A DNA stretch of 64,000 nucleotides. It comes from an uncultured candidatus Porisulfidus sp. (lineage in GTDB: Bacteria; Pseudomonadota; Gammaproteobacteria; Poriferisulfidales; Poriferisulfidaceae). The stretch lies in NCBI GenBank assembly GCA_965116525.1, contig OZ220694.1:48770-112769 (forward strand), in the 5' to 3' direction. The position numbers and the translations under genes were made by a program. This document shows, piece after piece, positions 39,002 through 49,618 of this stretch; within the stretch, counting starts at the first letter, position 1, and every line of letters starts with the position of its first letter. Under the pieces are notes generated by a model. That model searched no databases. It was not told the DNA's origin and saw only the letters and a program-made list of their open reading frames with translations.

Positions 39002-41674
39002 ATGGGAAATAGTTTCAACACCAAATCCACGCTCAAGGTGGGCGAGGAAACATATCAGATTTACCGGTTGGCCGACTTAGAGGGAGCCAACCGCCTTCCG
39101 TTCTCCCTGAAGATCCTTCTGGAGAACCTGTTGCGACACGAGGACGGCCGTACAGTCACTTCGGACGATATTCAGGCGCTGCTGGACTGGGATCCCTCCG
39201 CTGAGGCCAGCCAGGAAATCGCCTTCCGCCCCGCCCGAGTGCTGATGCAGGACTTCACCGGGGTCCCCGCCGTTGTTGATCTCGCCGCCATGCGTGAAGC
39301 CATGGGGAACCTGGGAGGCAACCCGGAACGCATCAATCCTCTACAGCCGGCCGAACTGGTCATCGACCACTCGGTCCAGGTCGACCAATTTGCCAGCGAC
39401 CAGGCCTTCGATCTCAACGCGAAGCTTGAATTCGACCGGAACCGGGAACGCTACCAGTTCCTCAAATGGGGCCAAAGCGCTTTCAGTAACTTCAAGGTGG
39501 TGCCGCCGGACACCGGCATCGTGCACCAGGTCAACCTTGAATACCTGGCCCGCGTAATCTTCGCCCAGGAACGCGACGGCGTCCTGGAAGCCTACCCCGA
39601 CACTCTGGTCGGCACCGATTCCCACACGACGATGATCAACGGCATTGGCGTACTCGGCTGGGGCGTTGGCGGCATTGAGGCGGAAGCTTCCATGCTGGGA
39701 CAGCCGATTTCCATGCTGATTCCCCGCGTCGTCGGCTTTCAGTTGACCGGGGCCCTGCCGGAAGGGGCGACTGGAACCGATCTGGTGCTCACGATCGTCC
39801 AGATGTTGCGAGAGCATGGTGTGGTCGGGAAATTCGTCGAATTCCATGGCGACGGTCTGGATCAGCTATCCATCGGCGACCGTGCCACTATTGCCAACAT
39901 GGCCCCGGAATACGGAGCAACTTGCGGGCTGTTTCCGATCGATGCCGAAACAGTCAGCTATCTCCGCCTGACTGGTCGAGATGAGAATCTGGCCGCCCGG
40001 GTTGAAGCCTACGCCAAAGAACAGGGCATGTGGCGCGATGCAGACAGCGAGCCGGTCGAATACAGTGAATCCCTGAAATTGGACCTCAGTTCTGTCGAAC
40101 CTAGCCTGGCCGGCCCCAAACGCCCCCAGGACCGGGTGCCGCTACGCGAGGCTGCCTCGCAGTTCCAGGCCCGGCTCGAAGAACTCAACCAAGCCCGCAA
40201 TAAATCCACCCAGCCCGACTTGGAAGTCGACATCGACGGGCAGACCTGCACCGTAGGAGACGGACTGGTGGCTATCGCCGCCATCACTTCCTGCACGAAT
40301 ACATCCAATCCCTCGGTCATGGTGGCCGCCGGGCTGGTGGCGAAAAAGGCGATGGAACTGGGACTAAAAGCCCGTCCATGGGTCAAGACCTCTCTGGCTC
40401 CGGGTTCGCGCGTAGTGACGGACTATCTCGAGCGGGCCGGGCTGATGGGCCCCTTGAAGCAGCTGGGTTTCCACCTGGTCGGCTATGGCTGCACCACCTG
40501 CATCGGCAATTCCGGCCCTCTGCCGGAGCAGGTCTCGCGGATCATCCGCGATCATGACTTGACCGCTGTCGCCGTGCTGTCCGGCAATCGAAACTTCGAA
40601 GGGCGCATACACGCTCAGGTTCTGATGAACTATTTGGCCTCGCCGCCTCTCGTGGTTGCGTATGCCCTCGCTGGACGGATGGATCTAGATCTGTACCAAG
40701 AGCCACTGGCCACGACACCACAGGGCGAGCCGGTCTATCTGAAGGATTTGTGGCCGACGCAGCAGGAAATCACTGAAGTCATGGGTGGCGCACTGGATGC
40801 CGGGCAATTTCGCGAAAGCTATCAGGACGTGTTCCAGGGCGACGAGCACTGGGCAAAACTCGAAAGTGCGGCAAGCGGCTTGTACGAATGGCCCGAGTCG
40901 ACTTACGTGTCGCACCCGCCCTACTTCGAAGATCTCTCCATGGACGTGTCGGATCCGGTGGATATCCAGCGCGCTCGTGTGCTGGCGTACCTTGGCGATT
41001 CGGTCACGACCGATCATATTTCGCCAGCCGGCTCAATTGCCGAAGACAGTCCGGCCGGGCGTTACCTGGTGGAACGCGGGGTGGGGCCGATCGACTTCAA
41101 TTCCTACGGATCACGTCGCGGCAATCACGAAGTGATGATGCGTGGCACTTTTGCCAACATCCGGTTGCGCAATCGCCTTGCCAACGGAGTCGAGGGCGGC
41201 GTGACCCGGCACCTTCCGGATGGTGAGTTGATGTCGATCTTCGACGCGGCCATGAAATACCGCGAAGAGGGAACTCCTCTGATCGTGTTGGCTGGCAAGG
41301 AATACGGCTGTGGCTCTTCCCGTGATTGGGCTGCCAAAGGCCCGCGGCTACAAGGCGTGCGTGCCGTCATTGCAGAGAGTTACGAGCGGATTCACCGTTC
41401 CAACCTGATCGGCATGGGCATCCTGCCGTTGCAGTTCCAGCCTGGGGAAAATGCAGAATCGCTGGGCTTGACCGGCGAAGAAGTCTTCGACATCCTGGGG
41501 CTCAATGATGCCAGTAAGCCTGGCGGACGATTGGAGGTCCAGGCGACCTCGGTCGACAATGGAGGCGCATCGAAGACGTTTGAGGTGGCTGTACGCATTG
41601 ACACCCCGCAGGAGTCGGAATACTACCGGCACGGGGGAATCCTGCATTATGTCCTGCGCCAGCTTGCCGCTTAA
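39002..41674 (+). CDS. acnA: Aconitate hydratase A
   Basis: QDFTGVP, DSHT, TSCTNTSNP, GCTTCIGNSG, GSSRDWAAK. Confidence 0.97.
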   Translation: MGNSFNTKSTLKVGEETYQIYRLADLEGANRLPFSLKILLENLLRHEDGRTVTSDDIQALLDWDPSAEASQEIAFRPARVLMQDFTGVPAVVDLAAMREAMGNLGGNPERINPLQPAELVIDHSVQVDQFASDQAFDLNAKLEFDRNRERYQFLKWGQSAFSNFKVVPPDTGIVHQVNLEYLARVIFAQERDGVLEAYPDTLVGTDSHTTMINGIGVLGWGVGGIEAEASMLGQPISMLIPRVVGFQLTGALPEGATGTDLVLTIVQMLREHGVVGKFVEFHGDGLDQLSIGDRATIANMAPEYGATCGLFPIDAETVSYLRLTGRDENLAARVEAYAKEQGMWRDADSEPVEYSESLKLDLSSVEPSLAGPKRPQDRVPLREAASQFQARLEELNQARNKSTQPDLEVDIDGQTCTVGDGLVAIAAITSCTNTSNPSVMVAAGLVAKKAMELGLKARPWVKTSLAPGSRVVTDYLERAGLMGPLKQLGFHLVGYGCTTCIGNSGPLPEQVSRIIRDHDLTAVAVLSGNRNFEGRIHAQVLMNYLASPPLVVAYALAGRMDLDLYQEPLATTPQGEPVYLKDLWPTQQEITEVMGGALDAGQFRESYQDVFQGDEHWAKLESAASGLYEWPESTYVSHPPYFEDLSMDVSDPVDIQRARVLAYLGDSVTTDHISPAGSIAEDSPAGRYLVERGVGPIDFNSYGSRRGNHEVMMRGTFANIRLRNRLANGVEGGVTRHLPDGELMSIFDAAMKYREEGTPLIVLAGKEYGCGSSRDWAAKGPRLQGVRAVIAESYERIHRSNLIGMGILPLQFQPGENAESLGLTGEEVFDILGLNDASKPGGRLEVQATSVDNGGASKTFEVAVRIDTPQESEYYRHGGILHYVLRQLAA

Positions 41675-41703
41675 ACGGGCCTAGCTCAATCCAGAAGAAA
41701 CAT

Positions 41704-41729
41704 GAAAGAAGCCCTTACGGGCTTCTTTC
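41704..41729. terminator. Hairpin terminator between convergent acnA and fumC
   Basis: GAAAGAAGCCC-TTAC-GGGCTTCTTTC. Confidence 0.8.
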
Positions 41730-41766
41730 GCTAGGGTTTCTTGATGTTCCAGCAGTAATTTTCCAG

Positions 41767-43137
41767 TTACTTCTGGATACCCCCGCGGGTCAAAGCGCCG
41801 GGGTCCAGAAGACGTTTCAGATCATCTTCGGACAAGTCGGTCTGCTCACGCGCCACATCGATGACCGGCCGCCCTTCGGCATAGGCTTGTTTCGCAATGG
41901 CCGCCCCTTTCTCGTAACCGATTACGGTGTTGAGCGCGGTGACAAGAATCGGATTCCGTTCAAGCGATTTCTGAAGAACTGCCTCATTGACGGTAAAGCC
42001 GGCAATTGCCTGATCAGCCAGAAGTCTCGATGAATTAGCCAGTAATTCAATGCTTTGCAGGAGATTATAGGCAATCACTGGCAACATGACGTTCAACTGG
42101 AAGTTGCCGGACTGTCCGGCTACTGCAATCGTCGCGTCATTGCCCATGACCTGAGCGGCCACCATCGCCGTTGATTCGGGGATCACAGGATTGACCTTGC
42201 CCGGCATGATGCTGCTTCCCGGTTGCAGGGCCGGCAGTGCAATCTCCCCCAGTCCAGCCAGAGGGCCAGAGTTCATCCAGCGCAGGTCATTGGCGATTTT
42301 CATGAGGCTCACGGCCACCGTACGCAACTGCCCGCTTAGCTCCACAGCCGTATCTTGTGCCGCCAACCCTTCGAACTTATCTGGTTTGGATCGGAACTCA
42401 AGCGAAGTGCTGCCTTGAAGCGCTTCAATGAATGCTTCCTCGAAGCCTTCCGGGGCGTTGATGCCACTGCCTACAGCTGTGCCACCCTGCGCCAGTTCCA
42501 GCAACCGGGGCAAGACTGCCTCGATACGCTCTATTCCATAGCGAATCTGGCTGGCCCAAGCTCCGACTTCCTGTGACATCCGGACCGGCATCGCGTCCAT
42601 TAAATGGGTGCGCCCGGTCTTGACTTGCTGATCCAGTTCGGCCGCCTTGGCGTCTGCCACCCGCTGCAAGTGCCGCAAGGCCGGCAGCAATTGCTCATGG
42701 AGCGCCAATGCGGCGCTGGCATGCAGAACGGTTGGAATCACGTCGTTGGAGCTTTGGCTCATATTGACGTGGTCGTTGGGGTGTACCCCCTTCCCTGCCA
42801 GATGCGCAATGACTTCATTGGCATTCATGTTCGTGCTGGTCCCGGAACCAGTCTGGAATACATCTACGGGAAATTCCGCGTCGTGCTGGCCTTTCGCGAC
42901 CTGCTGGGCCGCTTTGATGATGGCATTGGCCTTCTCCCGCTCCAACAGGCCCAAGCTGGCGTTGGCTTCCGCGCAGGCCTGCTTGACCAAGCCGAGTCCG
43001 TACAGGAAGGCACGCGGCATGGCGAGGCCACTGACCGGGAAGTTTTGCACTGCGCGCTGTGTTTGTGCACCGTAGCGGGCATCCTGGGGAACCCGAATTT
43101 CTCCCATGCTGTCTTTTTCTGTGCGATATGAAGCCAT
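41767..43137 (-). CDS. fumC: Class II fumarate hydratase
   Basis: QTGSGTSTNMN, GRTHLMDA, GSSIMPGKVNP. Confidence 0.94.
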   Translation of the reverse strand: MASYRTEKDSMGEIRVPQDARYGAQTQRAVQNFPVSGLAMPRAFLYGLGLVKQACAEANASLGLLEREKANAIIKAAQQVAKGQHDAEFPVDVFQTGSGTSTNMNANEVIAHLAGKGVHPNDHVNMSQSSNDVIPTVLHASAALALHEQLLPALRHLQRVADAKAAELDQQVKTGRTHLMDAMPVRMSQEVGAWASQIRYGIERIEAVLPRLLELAQGGTAVGSGINAPEGFEEAFIEALQGSTSLEFRSKPDKFEGLAAQDTAVELSGQLRTVAVSLMKIANDLRWMNSGPLAGLGEIALPALQPGSSIMPGKVNPVIPESTAMVAAQVMGNDATIAVAGQSGNFQLNVMLPVIAYNLLQSIELLANSSRLLADQAIAGFTVNEAVLQKSLERNPILVTALNTVIGYEKGAAIAKQAYAEGRPVIDVAREQTDLSEDDLKRLLDPGALTRGGIQK

Positions 43138-43209
43138 TTGATTGCCAAAGCAGTTCTTCGTGCCGGACAGTATAATGAATGGGTGAATTTGTTGTAAGAG
43201 ACTACGCGT

Positions 43210-44580
43210 TTGGAACTTTCGCCTTTGACCGCCCTGTCTCCGGTTGATGGGCGCTACTATAAGACCACAAGCACGCGACTGCGTCAGTTATTCTCTGAAT
43301 TCGGCCTGATCCACCACCGCCTCGAGGTGGAGATCGCGTGGCTTCTGGCTTTGTCCGATCATCCCGGCATCCCCGAGGTTCCAACTTTGTCCGATGCGGC
43401 CAGGAAACGGCTGCAGTCGCTGGTCGCGGAATTTTCCCCGGAGCAGGCCCAGCAGGTCAAAGACATCGAAAAGGAGACCAACCACGACGTCAAGGCCTTG
43501 GAGTACTTCCTACGTGAAAAGCTGAAGGAAGACGAGAAATTGGCGGGACTGGAGGGATTCATCCACTTCGCGTGCACCTCCTGGGATGTCAACCACCCGG
43601 CTTACGCCTTGATGCTTGATCGCGCCCGCACCGAGGTCGTGTTGCCGGCACTGGAAAGCCTTGAGCAGAAGATTCAGGGCATGGCCCACGAATACGCCGA
43701 CATTCCAATGCTGTCCCGCACGCACGGCCAGCCAGCCTCGCCGACCACGGTAGGCAAGGAACTTGCGGTGACGGTGGCCCGTCTCCAGCGCCAGTTGGGT
43801 TCACTGCGCGACATGCGCTTCCTGGGCAAAATGAACGGTGCCGTCGGCAACTACAACGCGCATCTGGCCGCCTACCCGGAAATCGATTGGAATGAGATTT
43901 CAGGCAAAGTGCTGAATGCACTCGGGCTGGATTCCAATCCCTATACGACCCAGGTCGAGCCTTACGATCAATTTGCGGAGTTCTTCCATGCCTTGATCCG
44001 GATCAACAATCTGCTGACCGATTTCGCGCGGGACGTCTGGCAGTACATCTCTCTGGGTTATTTCCGGCAGAAGACAAAAGCCGGCGAGGTCGGCTCCTCT
44101 ACCATGCCGCACAAGGTAAACCCGATTGATTTCGAGAATGCAGAAGGCAATCTGGGACTGGCTTGCGCCGAGCTGAACTACTATGCGAACAAGTTGCCGA
44201 TCTCACGCCTGCAACGCGACCTGAGCGATTCCACCGTATTGAGAAACATGGGTGCGACCCTGGCTTGCGGCAACAATGCGTATCTGGCACTCGAGCGCGG
44301 CCTCGGCAAACTGGACGTCGACCCGCAGCGAGTGGAAGGCGATCTGGAAGCCTGCCCCGAGGTCCTGGCGGAAGCGGTACAGACCGTGATGAAGCGATAC
44401 GGCCTGCCGGATCCCTATGAACAACTCAAGGCATTCACCCGGGGACGAGAGATCACCCAGGAAAGCCTGGTCGAGTTCATTACGGGACTGGACTTGCCGG
44501 ACGAGGCCAAGCAGCGACTGATGGCAATGACGCCCCGCGACTACATCGGCGCCGCGGCAGAATTGGCGCGCCAAGTCTGA
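43210..44580 (+). CDS. purB: Adenylosuccinate lyase
   Basis: LSPVDGRY, NHDVKA, RTHGQPA, GSSTMPHKVNP; TTG start. Confidence 0.95.
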   Translation: MELSPLTALSPVDGRYYKTTSTRLRQLFSEFGLIHHRLEVEIAWLLALSDHPGIPEVPTLSDAARKRLQSLVAEFSPEQAQQVKDIEKETNHDVKALEYFLREKLKEDEKLAGLEGFIHFACTSWDVNHPAYALMLDRARTEVVLPALESLEQKIQGMAHEYADIPMLSRTHGQPASPTTVGKELAVTVARLQRQLGSLRDMRFLGKMNGAVGNYNAHLAAYPEIDWNEISGKVLNALGLDSNPYTTQVEPYDQFAEFFHALIRINNLLTDFARDVWQYISLGYFRQKTKAGEVGSSTMPHKVNPIDFENAEGNLGLACAELNYYANKLPISRLQRDLSDSTVLRNMGATLACGNNAYLALERGLGKLDVDPQRVEGDLEACPEVLAEAVQTVMKRYGLPDPYEQLKAFTRGREITQESLVEFITGLDLPDEAKQRLMAMTPRDYIGAAAELARQV

Positions 44581-44615
44581 GCGGAAGCGTTCCTGCGGCA
44601 GGTTTTGAGGGAAAC

Positions 44616-45473
44616 ATGTCGTATTTGAACTTTATTGATCACCCACTGGTGGGCATGCCGTTTGGCGCCGCCCTCGACCTTGCCATAGTTCTGGCGATCA
44701 CATGCTGGCTGTTGTCGGTCATCACGCGCGAGTATTCGTGGGTGGATCGGGTCTGGTCGGTGGTCCCGGCCGTTTTCTGCCTGCAGGTCGCGTCGAGCGC
44801 CGATTTCTCATCACCTCGCCTGAATCTGATGACGCTCCTGATCTGCCTCTGGGCGATCCGCCTGACGTTCAACTATGCAAGAAAGGGAGGCTATCAACCT
44901 GGTGGCGAGGATTATCGGTGGGTTTATATGCGCGAAAAAGCCGGGCCCTTCTGGTTCCAGGTTTTCAATATTTCTTTCGTCGCGCCAGGACAGTTATTCA
45001 TCGTCTGGTTGTTTACTTCTCCCATACACCACGCCTGGACCGCCCTAGAATCCCCATTGAATTGGCTGGATGCACTGGCCGCGGCCTTGTTTGCCATGTT
45101 CTGGGTCGGAGAAGCCGTTGCGGATCAGCAGATGTGGCGTTTCCAGCAGGAAAAGAAGGCACGCCAATCTCAGGGTCTTCCGGTTGAGGTACCGTTTATC
45201 ACCACGGGATTGTTTCGATTCTCCCGGCATCCGAATTTCTTCTGTGAGCTTGGCATGTGGTGGATGTTCTACCTGTTCGCCATCGCCGCAACCGATGAAA
45301 TTCTGAACTGGAGCGCTTTTGGGTTTATTGTGTTGACTGGCGTATTCTTCGGGTCATCCAGGATGACCGAGTCGATCTCCTTGTCGCGCTATCCCTCGTA
45401 CAGCAACTACCAGGCGACGACTCCCCGCCTGGTTCCCTTCACCCGGCTGGGTTGCATCAAACTCGATACTTGA
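44616..45473 (+). CDS. DUF1295 / steroid 5-alpha reductase-like membrane protein
   Basis: SWVDRVWS, GEDYRW, ADQQMWRF, SRHPNFF. Confidence 0.85.
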   Translation: MSYLNFIDHPLVGMPFGAALDLAIVLAITCWLLSVITREYSWVDRVWSVVPAVFCLQVASSADFSSPRLNLMTLLICLWAIRLTFNYARKGGYQPGGEDYRWVYMREKAGPFWFQVFNISFVAPGQLFIVWLFTSPIHHAWTALESPLNWLDALAAALFAMFWVGEAVADQQMWRFQQEKKARQSQGLPVEVPFITTGLFRFSRHPNFFCELGMWWMFYLFAIAATDEILNWSAFGFIVLTGVFFGSSRMTESISLSRYPSYSNYQATTPRLVPFTRLGCIKLDT

Positions 45474-45513
45474 ACTTGTCCGACCTAGCGACGCGGAGGA
45501 CAGGGCCTCCTGG

Positions 45514-46644
45514 TCAGACGCCTAACTTGCTTCCGATCACATCCTTGATGTTTGCCAGGGTGGGCTCGACGCTCTCCAGCTTCACATCCTCGACCACGCT
45601 CGGGTCTTTCAGCCCGTGTCCCGTCAAGGTGCAGACCACGACGCTGCCGTTTTCAATTTTGCCGGAGCGGATGTCCCGCATGACGCCTGCTACCGACACC
45701 GCCGAGGCCGGCTCGCAGAAAACCCCTTCCCGGCTGGCCAGTTGCCGTTGCATGTCCAGGATCTCCTCATCCGTGCATTCGTCGAACCAACCGCCCGACT
45801 CGCGGTGAACCATCCACGCGTAATCCCAACTTTGCGGATGACCAATACGGATGGCTGTCGCCCGGGTTTCCGGTTTCTCCACCCATTCGCCTCGCAGGAA
45901 CGGGGCGCTGCCCGATGCTTGGTATCCCACCATGACCGGGCGCTTGTCGACTTGCTTCGGCACGGCGATGGAGCATGAAGCTAGAGAGGATTCGCAGGCC
46001 TCCGTCACGGAGGACTCGAGATCGGCCAGTTCGCTGTATCCGATCCAATGCGCACTGATGTTGCCGGCATTCCCGACCGGGAGGCAATGATAGTCCGGAG
46101 CATCCCCTAGTGCCTCGACAGTCTCGTAAGCAATGGTTTTCTGGCCTTGCAGGCGGTAGGGGTTGATGGAGTTGACGATGGCGACCGGCATCTCTTCCCC
46201 GACCTCCCGAACCAGGCGCATGCCGTCGTCGAAGTTTCCTTTGATCTGGAGGATGGTGGCGCCATGCATGATCGCTTGGGCGAGTTTTCCGAGTGCTACG
46301 TTCCCTTCCGGGATCAATACGAAGCATTCCATTCCAGCTCGGGTCGCATAGGCTGCGGCAGAGGCCGAGGTGTTGCCGGTGGAGGCGCAGATGATGGCTC
46401 GGCTGCCCTCCTCCAAGGCCCGGGTCACGGCCACCGTCATCCCCCGGTCTTTGAACGAACCCGTTGGATTGAGCCCCTCGAATTTGGCTAGGACTCGACA
46501 GTCTGTGCCCCACTCGCGGGGAAGCCGCTTCAGTTCGATGAGTGGAGTATCGCCTTCGCATAAAGTGATCGCAGGCGTATCCGGCGCGATCGGCAGAAAG
46601 TCCCGATAGCGGTCAATCAATCCAGTGTAGTGCTGTTTTTCCAT
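45514..46644 (-). CDS. thrC: Threonine synthase
   Basis: NPTGSFKDRG, CASTGNTSAS, PVGNAGN; downstream of hom. Confidence 0.94.
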   Translation of the reverse strand: MEKQHYTGLIDRYRDFLPIAPDTPAITLCEGDTPLIELKRLPREWGTDCRVLAKFEGLNPTGSFKDRGMTVAVTRALEEGSRAIICASTGNTSASAAAYATRAGMECFVLIPEGNVALGKLAQAIMHGATILQIKGNFDDGMRLVREVGEEMPVAIVNSINPYRLQGQKTIAYETVEALGDAPDYHCLPVGNAGNISAHWIGYSELADLESSVTEACESSLASCSIAVPKQVDKRPVMVGYQASGSAPFLRGEWVEKPETRATAIRIGHPQSWDYAWMVHRESGGWFDECTDEEILDMQRQLASREGVFCEPASAVSVAGVMRDIRSGKIENGSVVVCTLTGHGLKDPSVVEDVKLESVEPTLANIKDVIGSKLGV

Positions 46645-46662
46645 ATTCGATTAGACCCCCCC

Positions 46663-47985
46663 TCACCTCATAGGTTCGATCCGGATCCTCTGAACCGGTG
46701 CGACGATGTCCTCCTGTGCCTCGATGCGTGAGAGGGCTTGGTTCATGTGGTCTTCCGGGACCTCGTGAGTCAATAGGATCACGGGGACGCTGCCGTCCAC
46801 GGCTGCGATTTCGGGTTCGCGTTGCTGGATCGCTTCGATGCTGATTCCCAGGTTGCCAAGGATGTCGGTGACCGAGGCCAATACGCCGGGGCGATCTATC
46901 GCCTGCAGTCTCAGGTAGCAGGCAGTTGTCACCTGCTCGATCGGCAAGAGAGGAATGTCGCTCAATGCATGGGGCTGATAGGCCAGATGCGGCACTCGGT
47001 TTTCTGCATCGGTGGTCAGCGAGCGCACGACGTCCACTAGATCCGCGATGACTGCCGAGGCCGTCGGGTCTCCGCCGGCACCCGCGCCGTAATACAGGTG
47101 CGCGCCTGCCGCGTCGGACATGACCACCACCGCGTTCATGACGCCGGCGACATTGGCTACCAGACGCGAATCCGGAATCAAAGTAGGGTGAACCCGTAGC
47201 TCGATGCCCTCTTCCGTTCGCTTGGCAATGCCCAAGTGTTTGATGCGATATCCCAAGGAGCGGGCATCCGCAATATTCTCCGATGTGATGTCCGAAATTC
47301 CCTCGACGTGCACCCGGTCGTAGGACAAGGGAATGCCGAACGCGATGGAAGCCAGGATCGTCAACTTGTGCGCGGCGTCCGTGCCGTCGATATCAAAAGT
47401 CGGATCCGCTTCCGCGTAGCCGAGTTGCTGCGCCTCGGCCAGTATTTCCGTAAACGAGCGTCCCCCGTCTTCCATTGCGGTCAGGATGTAGTTCCCCGTG
47501 CCGTTGATGATGCCGGCGATCCATTCGATCCGGTTCCCGCTCAAACTCTCCCGAATGTTCTTTATGATCGGGATGCTGCCTGCGACGGCTGCCTCGAAGG
47601 CAACGTTGACGCCTTTTTGTTCTGCATGCGCGAACACCTCGCTTCCATGTAGGGCGATCAGGTGCTTGTTCGCAGTAATAACCGGTTTACCTTGGTCGAT
47701 AGCGCGGAGAATCAACTCTCGGGCGGGATCGATGCCGCCCATCAACTCGATGACCACGTCCACCTCTGGATGATCCACCACTTGCTGGGGATCCTGCGTC
47801 AGCTGAATCCCTTCGAGGTCGCAGTCCCGCTCCTTGCTCAGGTCTCTGGCGCAGGCCGCCACGATATTCAAACGCCGTCCTGCCCGCCGCTCGATCTCTT
47901 CCTGATTGCGCGACAGTGCCCGGATGACACCGCAACCCACGCAGCCGAGTCCCAGCAGTCCTACGCGCATCTCATTTCCGCTCAT
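46663..47985 (-). CDS. hom: Homoserine dehydrogenase with ACT domain
   Basis: GLGCVG, TANK, EAAVAG, GYAEADP, DRPGVL. Confidence 0.95.
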   Translation of the reverse strand: MSGNEMRVGLLGLGCVGCGVIRALSRNQEEIERRAGRRLNIVAACARDLSKERDCDLEGIQLTQDPQQVVDHPEVDVVIELMGGIDPARELILRAIDQGKPVITANKHLIALHGSEVFAHAEQKGVNVAFEAAVAGSIPIIKNIRESLSGNRIEWIAGIINGTGNYILTAMEDGGRSFTEILAEAQQLGYAEADPTFDIDGTDAAHKLTILASIAFGIPLSYDRVHVEGISDITSENIADARSLGYRIKHLGIAKRTEEGIELRVHPTLIPDSRLVANVAGVMNAVVVMSDAAGAHLYYGAGAGGDPTASAVIADLVDVVRSLTTDAENRVPHLAYQPHALSDIPLLPIEQVTTACYLRLQAIDRPGVLASVTDILGNLGISIEAIQQREPEIAAVDGSVPVILLTHEVPEDHMNQALSRIEAQEDIVAPVQRIRIEPMR

Positions 47986-49163
47986 CAGATGTCCTTCATC
48001 ATGGATTTGATGTTGCGCAGCGCTTGGCGGGTCCGTTGTGTATTCTCGATGAGGCTGAAGCGCACATGTCCGTTGCCATTCTGTCCGAACCCAACCCCTG
48101 GAGACACCGCCACCTTGGCCCGCTTCAGAAGCAGCTTGCTAAATTCAAGCGAACCCAGGTCTGCGCAGACCTCCGGGAGTGGCGCCCAAACGAACATGGT
48201 GGCAGAAGGCTTCTCCACCGGCCATCCTATCGCATTGAGTCCATCGCACAGTACATCCCGGCGCTCCTGGTACATTTGACAGATTTCGCGAACACAGTCC
48301 TGCGGGCCCTCCAGGGCGGCGATGGCCGCTACCTGGATAGGAGTGAACAGGCCGTAGTCCACATAGGACTTGATTCGTGAAAGCGCGCTGACCAGACGTG
48401 AATTCCCGCACATGAAGCCGACTCTCCATCCTGGCATGTTGTAGGACTTCGACAAAGTATAGAACTCGACGGCCACGTCCTTGGCCCCTTTCACTTGAAG
48501 AATGGACGGCACCGTATAACCGTCGAAAGCCAGTTCGGCATAGGCAATGTCCTGGACCACCCACAGTTTGTACTCTTGCGCGATTTCGACCACCTTGGCA
48601 TAGAAGTCCAGTCCCACGCAGTGTCCGGTCGGGTTGCAGGGGAAATTCAGCAACAGCATTTTCGGACGCGGCCAGCAGTTCTCTATGGTTTGCTGCAGGG
48701 AATTCAGGAATTCCTCCTCATCGTCCATGGGAACATAGTTGAGTTCGGCGCCCGCAATCACGCAGCTGTACGGGTGGATCGGATAGGCCGGATTCGGCAC
48801 GACCACCATGTCTCCTGGGGACAGGACTGCCAAGGCCAGATGAGCCAAGCCTTCTTTTGAGCCGATTGTCACGATGGCTTCCGTTTCCGGGTCGAGCTCC
48901 ACGTCGAATTTGCTGCGGTACCAACTGGCGATGGCCTGGCGCAGGCGCGGAATGCCGCGCGAGGTGGAGTAACGATGCGTGTCGCCGCGGGCGACGGTCT
49001 CGCAGAGCTTGTCCACGATGTGCTGCGGTGTGGGCTGATCCGGGTTGCCCATGCCGAAATCGATGATGTCTTCGCCTTTTCGGCGCGCCTTGGACCTCAG
49101 ATCGCTGACGATGCTGAATACATACGGGGGAAGGCGCGAGACGCGCTGAAATTCGTCAGTCAC
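47985..49163 (-). CDS. alaC: Alanine transaminase AlaC-like aminotransferase
   Basis: RLPPYVF, GMGNPD, SKSYNMPGWRVG; GTG start. Confidence 0.88.
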   Translation of the reverse strand: MTDEFQRVSRLPPYVFSIVSDLRSKARRKGEDIIDFGMGNPDQPTPQHIVDKLCETVARGDTHRYSTSRGIPRLRQAIASWYRSKFDVELDPETEAIVTIGSKEGLAHLALAVLSPGDMVVVPNPAYPIHPYSCVIAGAELNYVPMDDEEEFLNSLQQTIENCWPRPKMLLLNFPCNPTGHCVGLDFYAKVVEIAQEYKLWVVQDIAYAELAFDGYTVPSILQVKGAKDVAVEFYTLSKSYNMPGWRVGFMCGNSRLVSALSRIKSYVDYGLFTPIQVAAIAALEGPQDCVREICQMYQERRDVLCDGLNAIGWPVEKPSATMFVWAPLPEVCADLGSLEFSKLLLKRAKVAVSPGVGFGQNGNGHVRFSLIENTQRTRQALRNIKSMMKDI

Positions 49164-49243
49164 GGGAAAACGGCCGCTAGTCGGTTTTCTATAATCGGGA
49201 GCAACGGCTAACGCCCTGCATACCTGCCATTATAGTATTACCC

Positions 49244-49618
49244 ATGCAGTTTGCGGAAGACCACGCGGCGGCGGAATTCGTCATTCACTCATGCGGTGAG
49301 GCGGGAATTCGTGTTAATGATCAGGATCTGTCTGAAAGCTTCATACTGCTGCCCGGGCAACCGGTGCAGTCGTGGCCGGTTGCCGTTGACGAACGACTGA
49401 TGCCAGAACACTTCTCGGCAGTACTTGAACACAAACCAGAATTAGTGATCCTTGGAACGGGCGCAGACCTTCGGCTACCAGACCCGGAGGTGTACGGGGC
49501 GCTGTTGAGCCGAGAGATCGGCCTGGAGGCCATGACCACGATGGCAGCCTGCCGAACCTACAATTTACTGGCCCAGGATGGGCGGAATATCGCGGCCTAC
49601 CTGATTCTGCCGGCTTAG
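49244..49618 (+). CDS. Mth938-like (DUF498) protein
   Basis: PELVILGTG, EAMTTMAACRTYN. Confidence 0.88.
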   Translation: MQFAEDHAAAEFVIHSCGEAGIRVNDQDLSESFILLPGQPVQSWPVAVDERLMPEHFSAVLEHKPELVILGTGADLRLPDPEVYGALLSREIGLEAMTTMAACRTYNLLAQDGRNIAAYLILPA